The translations under genes and the position numbers were made by a program. From Eutreptiella sp. 'Long Island Sound 2002' (lineage: Eukaryota > Protista > Euglenida): DNA of 64,000 bases. Positions 38,886-50,675 of the stretch are shown piece by piece. Positions within the stretch are counted from its first letter, which is position 1, and the number at the start of each line of letters is the position of its first letter. The stretch spans positions 9,176,001 to 9,240,000 of the forward strand of contig OZ038378.1 in the NCBI GenBank assembly GCA_964036045.1, given 5' to 3'. The notes beneath the pieces were generated by a model that saw only the letters and a program-made list of their open reading frames with translations, was not told where the DNA came from and searched no databases.

Positions 38886-40947
38886 CTGTGTGGCAGCAGC
38901 ACATCGCTGTGGCCCATTCCCAAATGACCCTTGCGATGGTATCGCGGGACAGAGCACTGCTTTGGGGCCCGCAGTGCCGGGGCTGTGGAGGGGCGCAGGT
39001 TCCTTTCAGCAGTGGCATCTGGGTCAACGGACATGTGAGGCATAAGGGCTCAGCAATAGGGCCAGGCAGAGGGATGGCAGGGCACAATCATCATTCGTAT
39101 CGACACTGTGATCTCCCAATAGGGTGGGACGGCCCAGCTGCCAATGCAAATGTGCTTCTCTCAAGTCGGCAGTGCAAAGCATCTGTCACCTGTAATCGAG
39201 TACACTGCTCATTCGGCCACGGACACCGCACGGGCGCCGCATCCAGTGTCCCCCAAGGTCGCAAATGAGTACGCTTCATCCACTACCCCAACAGGATGTA
39301 CATTCTGCACGGCAGTGCTTGATGGACTGCGAAGACATCACTTTTCTCATACTGTTTTATACAAAGTTGCCCCAAGGGAAGATCCTGTCTTGTCTGACTG
39401 ACTTTTGGGGGGGGGGGGGGCTTACAGGGGGCGATCACATAATGGGGAGGTGCTGGCCTTGTGGATGAGGCATGCAAAGGCTAGGCTGCACCCCTGAGGC
39501 CCCATCCTCATCTTTCCAAACGTAGGGTCCACAGACCCTCTGCGTTCTCCATCCTCGTCTCATTCCCCTCAACCCAAACCTGCCGCTGGAAAGTTCCACT
39601 TTTGAGTTGGGGAGGCTGAGGACCACGTCAGCAAATTGTGCACGATTCCCTTGGAAAGCACCCCGCCCTGCACCCAATTGCCAAATGGGATGAAAACGAC
39701 ACAAACAGCGTATAAAACATGCTTTTCATGGGCCCTCTTGCCAGAATGGACAACCCATGCCCCCTGTTGCACTTGGCCTCCCTGTTTGGAACAGACAACC
39801 ATGGCCCGGGCTGGTAGGTGCCATGCCCACATTGGCAGCTGGTTGCATGGGGTTGAGAGGAGTGTCGGTGCAGTCTGGAGCCGCATAAGCCGGTGCATCC
39901 CACTGATCAAACGCCTGCTGGTGGATGAACCAGTCCCCCAGTTGTATGTGGGCTGGGCCCTGTGGTCTGGAAGTGCTGGTACCCTCCATTACCACGGTCC
40001 GTATGGCCTCTAGTTTTGCCCCCCCCCCCCCCGCCGCCGCCGTTGTACAATCCGCAATTCGTCATGAGCATGAGGGCCCCGCTGCTACTCCCTGCCCCAA
40101 CTGAGTTCCTGTAGCCCTCTCCCTTTCCTGACCGTAGCACCTGCGTTCGCCTGCTCAAGCTTCCAGGGTAATGATTGCATCAAAGCGGCGGCCAAATTTC
40201 CAAGTGGGGCTGCATGACGCGCATGACGCCCTTTTTTAGGCCGACTCTTGTCCACGGGCGGATATGGAATAGGACCATGTAATTCATTCATGGCAACCCA
40301 ATGCCATCACACACTGGGCACAAAAGATGGATATGTGAGACAGAGGTAATTGTTACTCTTGAGGAAAGGGGGGGGGGGATGCCAAATGGTCAGCCTGGCC
40401 ATGCCTTAGCATTTGAGGCCACTGGCCACTTCCAAATCACTGTACTATTCAAACAGACTCTTGACTGGCAGCCGAACCATGTGTGTGCGTGTGTGTGTGT
40501 GTGCGCGCGCGAGTGTGAATGGCCAATTGCCCCACCATGGGGTATTTTTCATCACCTTCAGTTCAGATGGTTGTGCAACAGAGAGTGTCCCGTGCCCAAG
40601 CATTTTTCTGTGCAAAGAGCCCTCTTCGCTTTCCATACTCTTCTGTCCCCTTATTGCTGGAGACTGTGCCATGTCCTTGAGGGTACGTTTGCCCGGTGCG
40701 CGCCCGGCATCCGAATCAATGTCCCGGTCATACATCCCAATGCTTTACCACTAAATATCACTCCCTCCTCCAGCCCAGGAACCCTAGGCACGAATGACAC
40801 AACAAAGCACAACTGCAGGTGGACAAAGAACCTTTCATGCATTGTTACTCCACAACCAAAAGGCTTGCCGAGGACTGTGTTTCAAGGAAATAATATGGGG
40901 TGTATTGTAGCATCGGAAGGTCACCGATGTAAAGAAACATTGCAAAA

Positions 40948-41296
40948 TTATGTCGCAACATGCACAACTTCTTCCCCACAAGTGTGAGGGTCAATACATT
41001 CAGCGCAATACCTCTCCTTGCACTGCCCACAAACTGTGGTGGTGTGTTTGTGACAACACAAAGCATATGAGCACATCCGCTGTGGTCCCGCGTGCCAGCG
41101 GGCATATCCACACAATATTACCCAACATGTCACCTGCGACCGTCACCTTATAAATATGGGATGCATATTTCGCGTTGCAGAGGTCAACCGAGAAAATTTG
41201 TCCACTGGAGCTAATAGGCATGCTGCCTGAGAAATGAAAACCACCGAAGCATATGCCAAGACGGCCTTTGGGTCCCCGAAGGTATTTCCTTAACAC
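40948..41296 (-). pseudogene. Deleted transposase: NAKYASHIYKVTVAGDMLGNIVWICPLARGTTADVL fused out of frame to the Cys/His finger LCCHKHTTTVCGQCKERYCAECIDPHTC
   Basis: Direct homology to the 12.1-12.7 kb copy; the catalytic middle is missing. Confidence 0.85.
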
Positions 41297-41396
41297 TTGT
41301 CCCTAGAAGTGCACGGCGTACGTACTTCGACTTCCTTTGTCACTGGGTAGTTGGTTGCTTAACCCCTACTACGTCGGGGGCCCACATGTGTGCGGA

Positions 41397-42123
41397 ATGG
41401 CTACATCACCCCTGCCTTCTCAGGGTCCCCATAGTGGGGAAATATCAATATGGCTACATCACCCCTTCCTTCTCGGGGTCGCCATAGTGGGCAAAGATTA
41501 ATATGGCTACATCACCCCTGCCTTCTCGGGGTCCCCATAGTGGGCAAAGATCAATATGGCCACATCACCCCTTCCTTCTCGGGGTCCCCATCGTGGGGAG
41601 ATCAATATGGCTACATCACCCCTACATTCTTGGGGTCCCCATAGTGGGCAAAGATCAATATGGCTACATCACCCCTGCCTTCCAGGGGTTCCCGTAGTGG
41701 GGAAATATCAATATGGCTACATCACCCCTGCCTTCTCAGGGTCCCCATAGTGGGCAAAGATTAACATGGCTACATCACCCCTGCCTTCTCAGGGTCCCCA
41801 TAGTGGGCAAAGATTAATATGGCTACATCACTCCTTCCTTGTCGGAGTCCCCATGGTGGGGAAATATCAATATGGCTACATCACCCCTGCCTTCCTGGAG
41901 TTCCCATAGTGGGGAAATATCAATATGGCTACATCACCCCTGCCTTCTCAGTGTCCCCATAGTGGGGAAAGATTAATATGGCTACATCACCCCTGCCTTC
42001 TCGGGGTCCCCATAGTGGGCAAAGATTAATATGGCTACATCACCCCTTCCTTCTCGGGGTCCCCATCGTGGGGAGAGATCAATATGGCTACATCACCCCT
42101 ACCTTCTCGGGGTCCCCATGGTG
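41397..42123 (+). repeat. Homogeneous tandem array, 14 units of 53 bp (one of 51 bp), inside the transposon
   Basis: ATGGC(T/C)ACATC starts at 41397, 41450, 41503, 41556, 41607, 41660, 41713, 41766, 41819, 41872, 41925, 41978, 42031, 42084. Confidence 0.97.
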
Positions 42124-43799
42124 TGGATAAATCAACCTAGAAAGGAATGGCTGTGGTGGGAATGAACAAAAAACTGTGAAAAGGGTGAAAGTGGGTGAAA
42201 ATACAAATACACTGTATCCCCAATGCGAAAGAAGCATCAAAAAAAATCCTTTTTCAAACAACAATCTTTCCCCAACACGGGGACAAAAAGTGCAGAAAAA
42301 TGGGGTAACTGGGGGAAGATAAGGAACAGTTTGCCCGGCGCGCTAACATACCCTCCTTTGCTGCAATTCATCACCAATCTGCACACACCCCTGCTCAGCC
42401 ATACATTAGCGCCAACTAAACGCCCAGCATGAGTTGTAGTCCGGTTGTCCAACCATATGCTCATGTTTGATTGATTGCTCAATTAGCACATTGGCATCTG
42501 TGACACACGCCTTTAGTCCCCAGGTTTTGGAACTAACTTGCTTGCCTGCACTTGTTTGTGCTCTTCATCTATCTAGTTCTAGCAAGGTACTATGTTTCTG
42601 CTGCCATTGAGCACCATTGGGTGGGCCGCTTTAACACGAAACGGCGTCGGTCCTGGTCATCCTTAGGCGGCTCTAAGCGAGTGGTCGGCCAAACCCCAAG
42701 AGCGTTTCGGCCCATAGTGAAAAATCACAGCTTTTAAAAAGGCCTTGTGGGGCCCTGCATTTTGAAATGGTTGTCGTAACCCCTGTTTAGGGGAATAATG
42801 TTTTTTCAGAGGGTCCCATCAAAAATTTAATGTTTCACATCCACGTTTCACAATGCAGTGAGGAAAACCCAGTGTTGAACGCCCCCCCCCCCCCCTAGTG
42901 ACATACATGTGTAGTGTTTACAAACCACCATTCTGTATTGAGGGTTTTATGCTGAATGACTCCATCTCCCATTGTGGAGTGCCTGTTTGACACCACCTCA
43001 CACGCTGGTGGTGTGTGGTTGTCAACCTATGAATTACCTGGAAATGAAAAGTGCAGGGTAGCAAGCAAACACAGGCAAGTAGTGGACAGTGCATAGTACG
43101 TTGATGTAGGGAGGCATGCTCAAGCAGTATTGTATTGCTGAACAAACAGGGTTCGGTAACAAAGATAATAAACTCTGTGAATGAATACATATTGAAGAAC
43201 ACGTAGTCAAACCTCACACTTGTGTATATTGTTGATGAGAAATAACATAGAAAAACGCAAGAATGTAGCATTGTAAAAATGGAAATCCGCTCAACAACGC
43301 TCTGCAGAGCGTTGCTTCGATTGAAAACTCAAAAAAAAAAAGCATACCATGTCGCAAACCACTGCCTGTTGCAACAGGGGGGGCAAACCAACAGAAACAG
43401 ACTCCTGCAGCACCCATTACTTCCCCTTACTCGCCGCCTTGGGCTTTGGTTTGGAGGCTGTTGCACCCTTCACCCTGTTCTGGAACAAATCTAGGCTCCT
43501 TGGTGGTTTGAAAGGCTTGTTGCCACCACCACTGCTGGAACTGGAGCGGTCATCCCTGTCATCCCTGGCATGTGGCTCCTGGGTCTGTCTTTTCCTTTTT
43601 GCTGGTGTGGTTCTCTTCTAAGGCTCCAAGCCATCGTCCTCATCCTCGCCAATGTCATCCGCATCGTCATCACTCTACTCGCATTTCACTTTCTCCACCC
43701 CAACCGGTACCCCATTGACAATATCCTTCATCCATCTAGCCCAGCCAATGATGTACAAGGCATCTAGTTCCTAAATTGTCTCCCGGCTGTCATAGATGA

Positions 43800-46200
43800 A
43801 TTGCTGCAAACCAGAAAGCTCTCCGGTGTATCCCAGACCCATGTTGATGTTCATAACTAGTCCATTACACAGCTGGGCAGGCAACTGATGATAAGGGGTG
43901 CAGCAGAGAATCCAAGGCTCCTCACCGGTGGCCCACTGCGGCGATGGCACAATACCAAGCACTTGCAGCAACCAACCAGCAATACCAATAGTGATTTGCG
44001 ATGCACGGGATCCCTGATCAATATTGCTGTAGTTTAGGACCTTCACAGTCAACTTGTTTGGTGTGCCTATCGGTGCCAGTCGTTCGGAGTATTGATACAC
44101 ATTGTAGCTTGTTGATTGATTGTATGTCCAGACCTACGTCCACTGCCATCCCTGAGTTGCTTCTAGGTCCTTCAGCGAGTGACCAATGTGTTTCACTTCC
44201 CCAGGCTTGCTAGCAATGCAAATAGGTGCGTCCTTCATGAGCAACTTGCCATTGCCATTGCAATCAGGGGATGAATGTCCTCGGTACCATCCGGTCCCAG
44301 TTCCCAAAGAATCTACAATGAAAACATAGTTAGATGGACCAATTTTAATGGAATCCGGAAGAAGAACGCTCTGCACAGCGTTTCGACGACAAAATCAACT
44401 ATTGACTACACAACCGACAAGGAATGGAACACACTGTTGTGTAAGGTCTTGTTGCGAAGGTAGCCGGCACACCACGGCCTTGGACGACTGGTGCAATAAG
44501 GATTTTTGTCCATCATCCTTCTCCTTGTTCGTGGTCTAAGGTCCTGTGTTCCGGAGGACAACGACCTTGTCGTCAGTGAGTTCCACGTTGACTGTTGGCA
44601 CAGGCTTTGACAAGGCGGTCCTCACAGCCTTCCACTCCTCTGCACTCCACAACGGGCATTTTTGCACTGCATCCCACAGCAAGTATGGAGTGGACTCTGA
44701 CCAGCGCCAGCGGCCCGTGTTCATCTTCACCACAGTGGCACACCTCAGCATTTTCTAGATATGCGGCATCTTGGATTCATTTTCTGCATGAAGAATGTCA
44801 CAGAAAATCAGGACTGTTACCATAATAACACGAGAATGAATGAATCAACAGATAGACATACTTCTGGTCTCATGTACGATACTGTTCTCCGGATGCATCC
44901 AGATAATCTCCCAAGCTCTGTCCTTCTCCAATCCATGGCACAGCCTTGCCAGTCCACTCACGTTTATTTTGTCTGACCTCAGAAATGACATGACCTTGAA
45001 ATATTGGTCCGGCTACGGCCGCAGGCATGGTCTCAAAGTAGTGCAAGTGATCACTGAAATGCAAAATGGCAAAGCAATGCCATTTATAAAGCAAAACAGG
45101 TCAAGAACGCTCTGTAGAGCGTTCTGCCGATCGCACACAGTTGTGAACGTGTCATTTAATATCAAATCATGCCAAGAACGCTTTGGAGAGCGTTTTTTGT
45201 CCAAAAGTGGTTCAGAAGCACTGCTGCATACCTTTAGTCCCGACCTGTCTCGCAAGGTCTGTGAGTGCCCCACTGATCCCGTTCCGCGTAGCCACCACAC
45301 CTTCGACCAGAGGTTTCCAGGCCTTGAATACTACATTCTGTCAAGCAACAGGTAATAACGGTACATCGGGCAAGCAAGTAACGTGGAGTCAATCACAATC
45401 ACATCACTGCATGTTGGACACGCCGACTTATCCAATTTTCCAGCCAGAACGAGGGCTTCTTTCTCCTCCACGTTGCTAGACGCATTGAGCTCTTCCCATA
45501 TGCGGTTTGCAATTTCTGACAGTCTGAGCGAAGAACAGCCGTGTTGCACTGCGGTGTGGTCCCCTGCGATCTGTTGCCTGATGGTCAGCTTCGTGTCCTC
45601 TTTGATCATGTAGCATTGCTCATGGGATAGCCATGCCGGTAACGCCTTGCCAGCTTGGAGGTACTCTGCTGGCAATTGTTAAAGAGCCGTACATATGTGC
45701 TACCCACCAAGGACCCAGACCGCACCACCTTGTAATGAGGCGCTTTCAGGACATTTTTGGTGGTCTTGAGAGGGTTGCACCCCCATGCTATGTGTCTCCT
45801 CCACCGACCGTGCATTCGGGATGCTTGGGGGGTGCCTTTTTCGCCAAATGTGAGACACTTGCTGAGGCCACATCACAAAGGCCTTGTGATTGATGCACAT
45901 GGCACCATGGAAAATCCAAGAAAATACGGGGCCAAGATCATATGGTGGACCATCGCCCATAGTTCATGCGTAAGCCACGCAAGAGCTTTAATTTTCATAG
46001 CATGCTTTAAAAAAAAAAAAGCACTCAGCAATAGGCAGCAGTATTTCCTACGACATATCGTGACCCAAAATGCAGGAAATTGCCCCGTAGTAGTGATGTG
46101 CTGATTGTTGCCTTTTGTCTCACATCTTCCTTGTGGACAAGCTGCTGTCATTCAGTGTGTCACTATCAACCTACTTTGCGGTCACTGCCGCCGGTGAGGG
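43800..46200 (-). pseudogene. Second degenerate KDZ-like transposase region
   Basis: Long stop- and frameshift-broken coding tract with ACPTCSDVIVIDSTL (CxxC...D) and YVFIVDS...RGHSSPDC, parallel to the motifs at 14.1-15.0 kb; limits approximate. Confidence 0.45.
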
Positions 46201-46824
46201 TGTGCATGGTTGGGGCAATCCACCCCGGTGGGGCAGAGGAACCCTGTCTTTCACAGTCATGGAGTGGAGGCATTGAAGTATCGCTAGTGCAAAATGGGCC
46301 ACTCAACACACGCCCCATCCAGCATAACACTCCACAAACAAATGTGTTGGAAGACATATGTTTGGGACTCGAAACTTCATGTTCCGTGCCATGTGCCGAC
46401 GGCCTGCTGCTGACCTATCTGGCTATGCACAATCACATGTCCTTCATAAGTTCCGGTAGTCACACCACAAAAATGTCTTCCATCTATGGTACTTAGGTTT
46501 AACTGAACCAGTCACAGTGCGCAAAGGAAGAAATACAAGGTCTTATGTATGAGATGTTTACGAGAGGGGGACCACATGTACCCGCTCCGGTAAGACCGGA
46601 CGAAATGGTGGGAATGGATCCCACGACTTGTGGCTCGAGAGCTGCAAATGATGCATCTAGACCAAAACGTTGCTATTTCTACCCAAACACACCAGTAATT
46701 GGCCACCAATTACTGGTGTTCAATCCCCTATGACTCCTTTTGTGCAACATTCATTGTTAGCATTGTTCTATACCTGTTGGGTCAAATTTTCCACCGCATG
46801 CCGGCACCACGCGCACTGCGCATG

Positions 46825-46960
46825 AGGCACCCTCCAAGCCCCCAGGCCTCCACCACAAACAGCCCATCCCCTTCAAGCCCCCAATGGTACCCAGCCCATG
46901 CCCCCAAACACCCATCAACGTACATCCCAGGCCCCACAAGTACCAAGCACATTGGGCCTA
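46825..46960 (-). repeat. ~30-bp minisatellite, same family as 25440-25700
   Basis: ttcaagcccccaatggtacccagcccatgcccccaa-type units. Confidence 0.6.
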
Positions 46961-47636
46961 GACACCAGCCCCCCCATTAAACATGCAGAAGGCACAAGGA
47001 CATGATGAACACTTCGTGATCTGAGAGAGTTCATGGGAACCAAGGCGTGCATCTGCTGTGCCATGGAATGGCCCACTGCACTTCGGTAAAACATGGACAC
47101 GTGCAATTCTGTGGCCAGCGGATGGGGTGCACCACATAATGCTTGCTGTTTGGGCCTAGCTCTCAATGGGAGCAAAAGCACAACAATGTTGAGTAGGCCC
47201 CAAAACTGCTGGACTACAGGGTGCACAGAGTATCCAGTGGAGCTCCAGCTGGCTGAAGGCTGAAGTTCGCAGTAGGATGGGAGCCACAAGCATGGGCTGC
47301 AGCCGGTACGCACTTGCACGCTAAGGCACGTATATGCGCTAAGGCACGTATATGCGTGATGTTGTTGGGCCCCATTCGAGCGCTCGCTGCAACGATCACA
47401 ACAAGCAGTCACCCAGGGGACAATTTTCATGCATACCACAAGATGTGAAAAGCTGCTCCCCTCGGTTCCAGTGAGACACCAAGGAAGTGTGCCCCCACCA
47501 AACCCTCAAGACACCCCTCCTAGCCCCTGGAACATCACAGCTCAGACATGCCTCTGCCATGTGTGGTGTGCCCTGTAGTCTGCCATTCCCCCAATGAGAG
47601 CACACTCCCGGCGTGAGTGGCCACATTGCACACTCT

Positions 47637-47705
47637 ACCACCACCACCACCACCACCACCACCACCACCATCACCACCACCACCACCACCACCACCACCA
47701 CCACC
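47637..47705. repeat. (ACC)n trinucleotide microsatellite, about 23 units
   Basis: Direct reading; one ATC interruption. Confidence 0.95.
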
Positions 47706-50525
47706 CCAGCACGGACTCTGGGGGCAACAACACCAACACCAACGGAGACATCCACACCGAACATCAGCACCCAACACCCAACCCCGACCCCAACAACACC
47801 AAACACAAAGAGTGGAGACCGCACTGCGAAGGAATTCTATTCCTTTTCGTAGGGTGGGTGTGGGCATGACAGAAGTATGGCAGGGGAATGATGCAGCAAA
47901 ATCCCTCTACCAAATAATAATCACTGAGCTCAGTGGAAGGAAAATCACACAACACATCCAGCGTCAACCACACCACGGATCAGGTCATTTGCAAAGCCAA
48001 TCACAGACTCCCAGCATCTTGCCCTCAGAAACGGCGAGCGCAGGGGTTTGGAAGGGGATTGCATTCACGCCCTGCCTTCATGCCTGTACTTATCTCTGCT
48101 TTCCAGTTTCGAAAAGAAGAAAGCACAGAACACGCTGCTCTCCAACAATACCGATCCCATGGTCACAAACATACCCTTCCTTTAGACGGGAGTTTTGGTG
48201 GGCGCTAACGCCAAAACAGAGGAGAGAAGAAGGCAGACAGAAATGTGGCAGAATACACAGGGGAACCACAGCATTCACAAGCGCCCAGTCAAGGGCACGA
48301 CGTTGGTGGCTGCCAATAGCATGCAAGGGAAGGAGACATCACCTCCCTAAAACTTGTGTCGCGTTGTTGAACAAAAGGGTGTCGGAGGGTGAAGAAAGAC
48401 ACCCCGAGCCCTTCTGGCACATTTGGATCTGAAACCAAGATCCCGCAGTACAAACCGGAGGAGGTTTTGAAAGGCTCACACGGAATGACGTTGCACTGTG
48501 TGCACATTTAGCAAAATCCACCAGATATGCGTTATCCTCATCGGGAACAAACTCATAACGTCGCAATCCTGCCCACATGGGCCTGTACATTGGGTTATCC
48601 TCGTAGTATGGGCTCAGTCCTCAAACAACACATGCACTGCCGGGGGTATATCTCGGCCCAAAACTGGGGTTCGGGTTGTTGCCAACATACGAAACTGTCC
48701 ACTGCGCGCGCACTGCGTAAACGGCATTCCCATACTGAGCACCAGCAACGCTCCTGTCGCGCCTATATACCACAAAGCATATGCCGTCCGAATCGGCCGA
48801 GTCTCTTCGAGCACCTACTGGGTGCTTCAAGAGCACCCAGTAGGTCAAGGGAAATTTGTAGCGTTGAACCTGAAGCGTCCTCCCCCAAAACCGCAGCCTG
48901 AGACAGTCTTCCTGCTGGATCTCTAGCAGGCCCTGTAGGCCCGCCTTGAGTCCAGGTCACCTCCCTCCAGCCTCTCCTCTTGCCAACACTAATCAGCTCT
49001 CTCAAGAGCTCAAAGGTCCCAGGGACGTGAAGTGTCAGCGCAAGCTACCGATCAGAAGAGTAGGGTTTTTTTTTGGGGGGGGGTCCAGGCCAAGGTAAGC
49101 ATGCGAAGTCCCCTGCCAGATGGTACTCAGGGATCAGGGACTACTCGGGAACAGGGGGTCAGAGCTGTCCAATTCTACGATTGTTCCACAAACCAATGTG
49201 GTAGCGGACAAAACACGCAGTGAGGATGAGCTAAAATTGATTCGAAGGAATGCCGCAGGAAGTGCCACAGCCATCAGTAAGATTATACAACAAGCTGAGC
49301 ATTGGACACATGTCGGCCATGAGTCATTCTTCTGCAAATCAAAGGAGGGGTCAGTCTGCCAGCCAGCAGAGGGGTGCAGTTGGTGTCCAGATCGAGAAAC
49401 TACAGGCTACAGGCTCAGATTCAAGTCGAGACAATCTCAGTGGCCGCTCCACGGAGCAAGTCTATTTTCAATTTACAGCCTCTGCCATCTGCATATGTAC
49501 TGTGTGCAACCAACATAAGCTGATGCACTGTACAGAAGAGCAGGCATTGAGAAACTTCCTCGCCCTTCGCACAGACAACCGCAGTCGCACCAAAAGCAAC
49601 ATCTGTTGTTGTTTTTTTAAAACAACGTTGCCCGCGCACGACCCCAGCAACCCTGGAGCCAGAAAATCACAATGCAAAGCTTGCCGGAAGCATACAAAGT
49701 TGGATGTGGAAAGATGCACATCATGCTCTGTTACAACATGTGCCTTGTTGGTACAATTGGTGACTTGTGGGGCGACACCCAACATCAATAATTTTCAATT
49801 ACTGCATTCGGGGTTGGGTTGCATGTTTGGCATGGGATCACCTTGTTGGCCTGGTTGGGTGTTCAGGAAACACGAAATATGACTGTCGGCAGAAACTGGC
49901 TTAAACTTCATCACAACGGCGCCCCCCAAAGACTGGTTGCGGTGGTGGGTTCCATATCCAGGGCTCTCTTGCTGCAATAGCGGCTGTTACATGTAAAGTT
50001 TGGACGGTCTCACATCTATATCAAGTGGAGTGCCTGCTGTGTTCTGTATCGTCCCTAAACTGCATTTTTCGGCTTCTCTCAGGGGCTTGCTTGGCACACC
50101 ATAATGAAGGGTCAAATCCCTGTCACTGACACAAACAGACACTAGAACAAAGCTCAAGGGCCTGCAGATGCCGGTTGGGGCAGTCACACCGACGCCACCA
50201 ACATTTATTGCGGGACGCCACATCAAGTCAATGCATATGTTGCAAAGTCTTGAGGATTGATGATGGTGTTCAGGGTGGTTGGGGGATTGGGGGGTAAGCA
50301 AAGCCCGCAGGTGGTTGCAGGTTTTTGGGACGTGTTGGGCAGTTGAGGAGGATTATTGGGGTTGAGCGAGCGGTTTACTGGGGGCTGTGTGCACACCCAC
50401 TGACCAACCACCATCATCCGTGCAGTGCAAGCATATTGCTATGGCATACAGGCCCCTGCCCGATGCAGTGCATTCCGTTCGCCTCAGTGGTATCTGAAGC
50501 ACAGTCTGTATCTGAGGCAGAGGTA

Positions 50526-50675
50526 CCCCCCGACCCCTTGCCCGAACAGCGGTAAAAAGACCAAACGATGCGAAACACCGCCCCATGCTGTTTGGATACG
50601 GCGCTGTTTGCTCGCACTTCGTGAGCACACGAGCGGTTGTAATAGCCTTCAGCACTGAATCAGAAAGAGGAATGT
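50526..50675 (+). repeat. ~150-bp interspersed repeat; second copy at 63690-63830
   Basis: Colinear similarity including an identical AATAGCCTTCAGCACTGAATCAGAAA. Confidence 0.85.

Larger units (their letters stand above)
40679..42355 (-). mobile_element. Second PIF/Harbinger-ISL2EU-like element, internally deleted, 1677 bp, TSD CTT
   Basis: TIRs GAGGGTACGTTTGC / GAGGGTATGTTAGC (reverse complement); CTT at 40676-40678 and 42356-42358; transposase homologous to 12062-12800. Confidence 0.88.

Noticed and set aside
41450-41750. ORFs MATSPLPSRG... as repeat proteins
   Set aside because: Translations of a 53-bp satellite; the unit is not a multiple of 3 and frames close quickly.
41397-42123. CRISPR array
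   Set aside because: Inter-core sequences are near-identical rather than unique spacers; no cas genes; eukaryotic context.
47535-48432. Poly-Pro, poly-His, poly-Thr and poly-Gly ORFs
   Set aside because: Produced by the (ACC)n microsatellite.
48826-48833. Synthetic shRNA loop TTCAAGAG (vector contamination)
   Set aside because: No vector or promoter context; stem only 14 bp; treated as coincidence.
48900-50100. PiggyBac-type Cys-rich domain (CKACRKH...CTSCSVTTC)
   Set aside because: No DDD core or TTAA-bounded TIRs identified.
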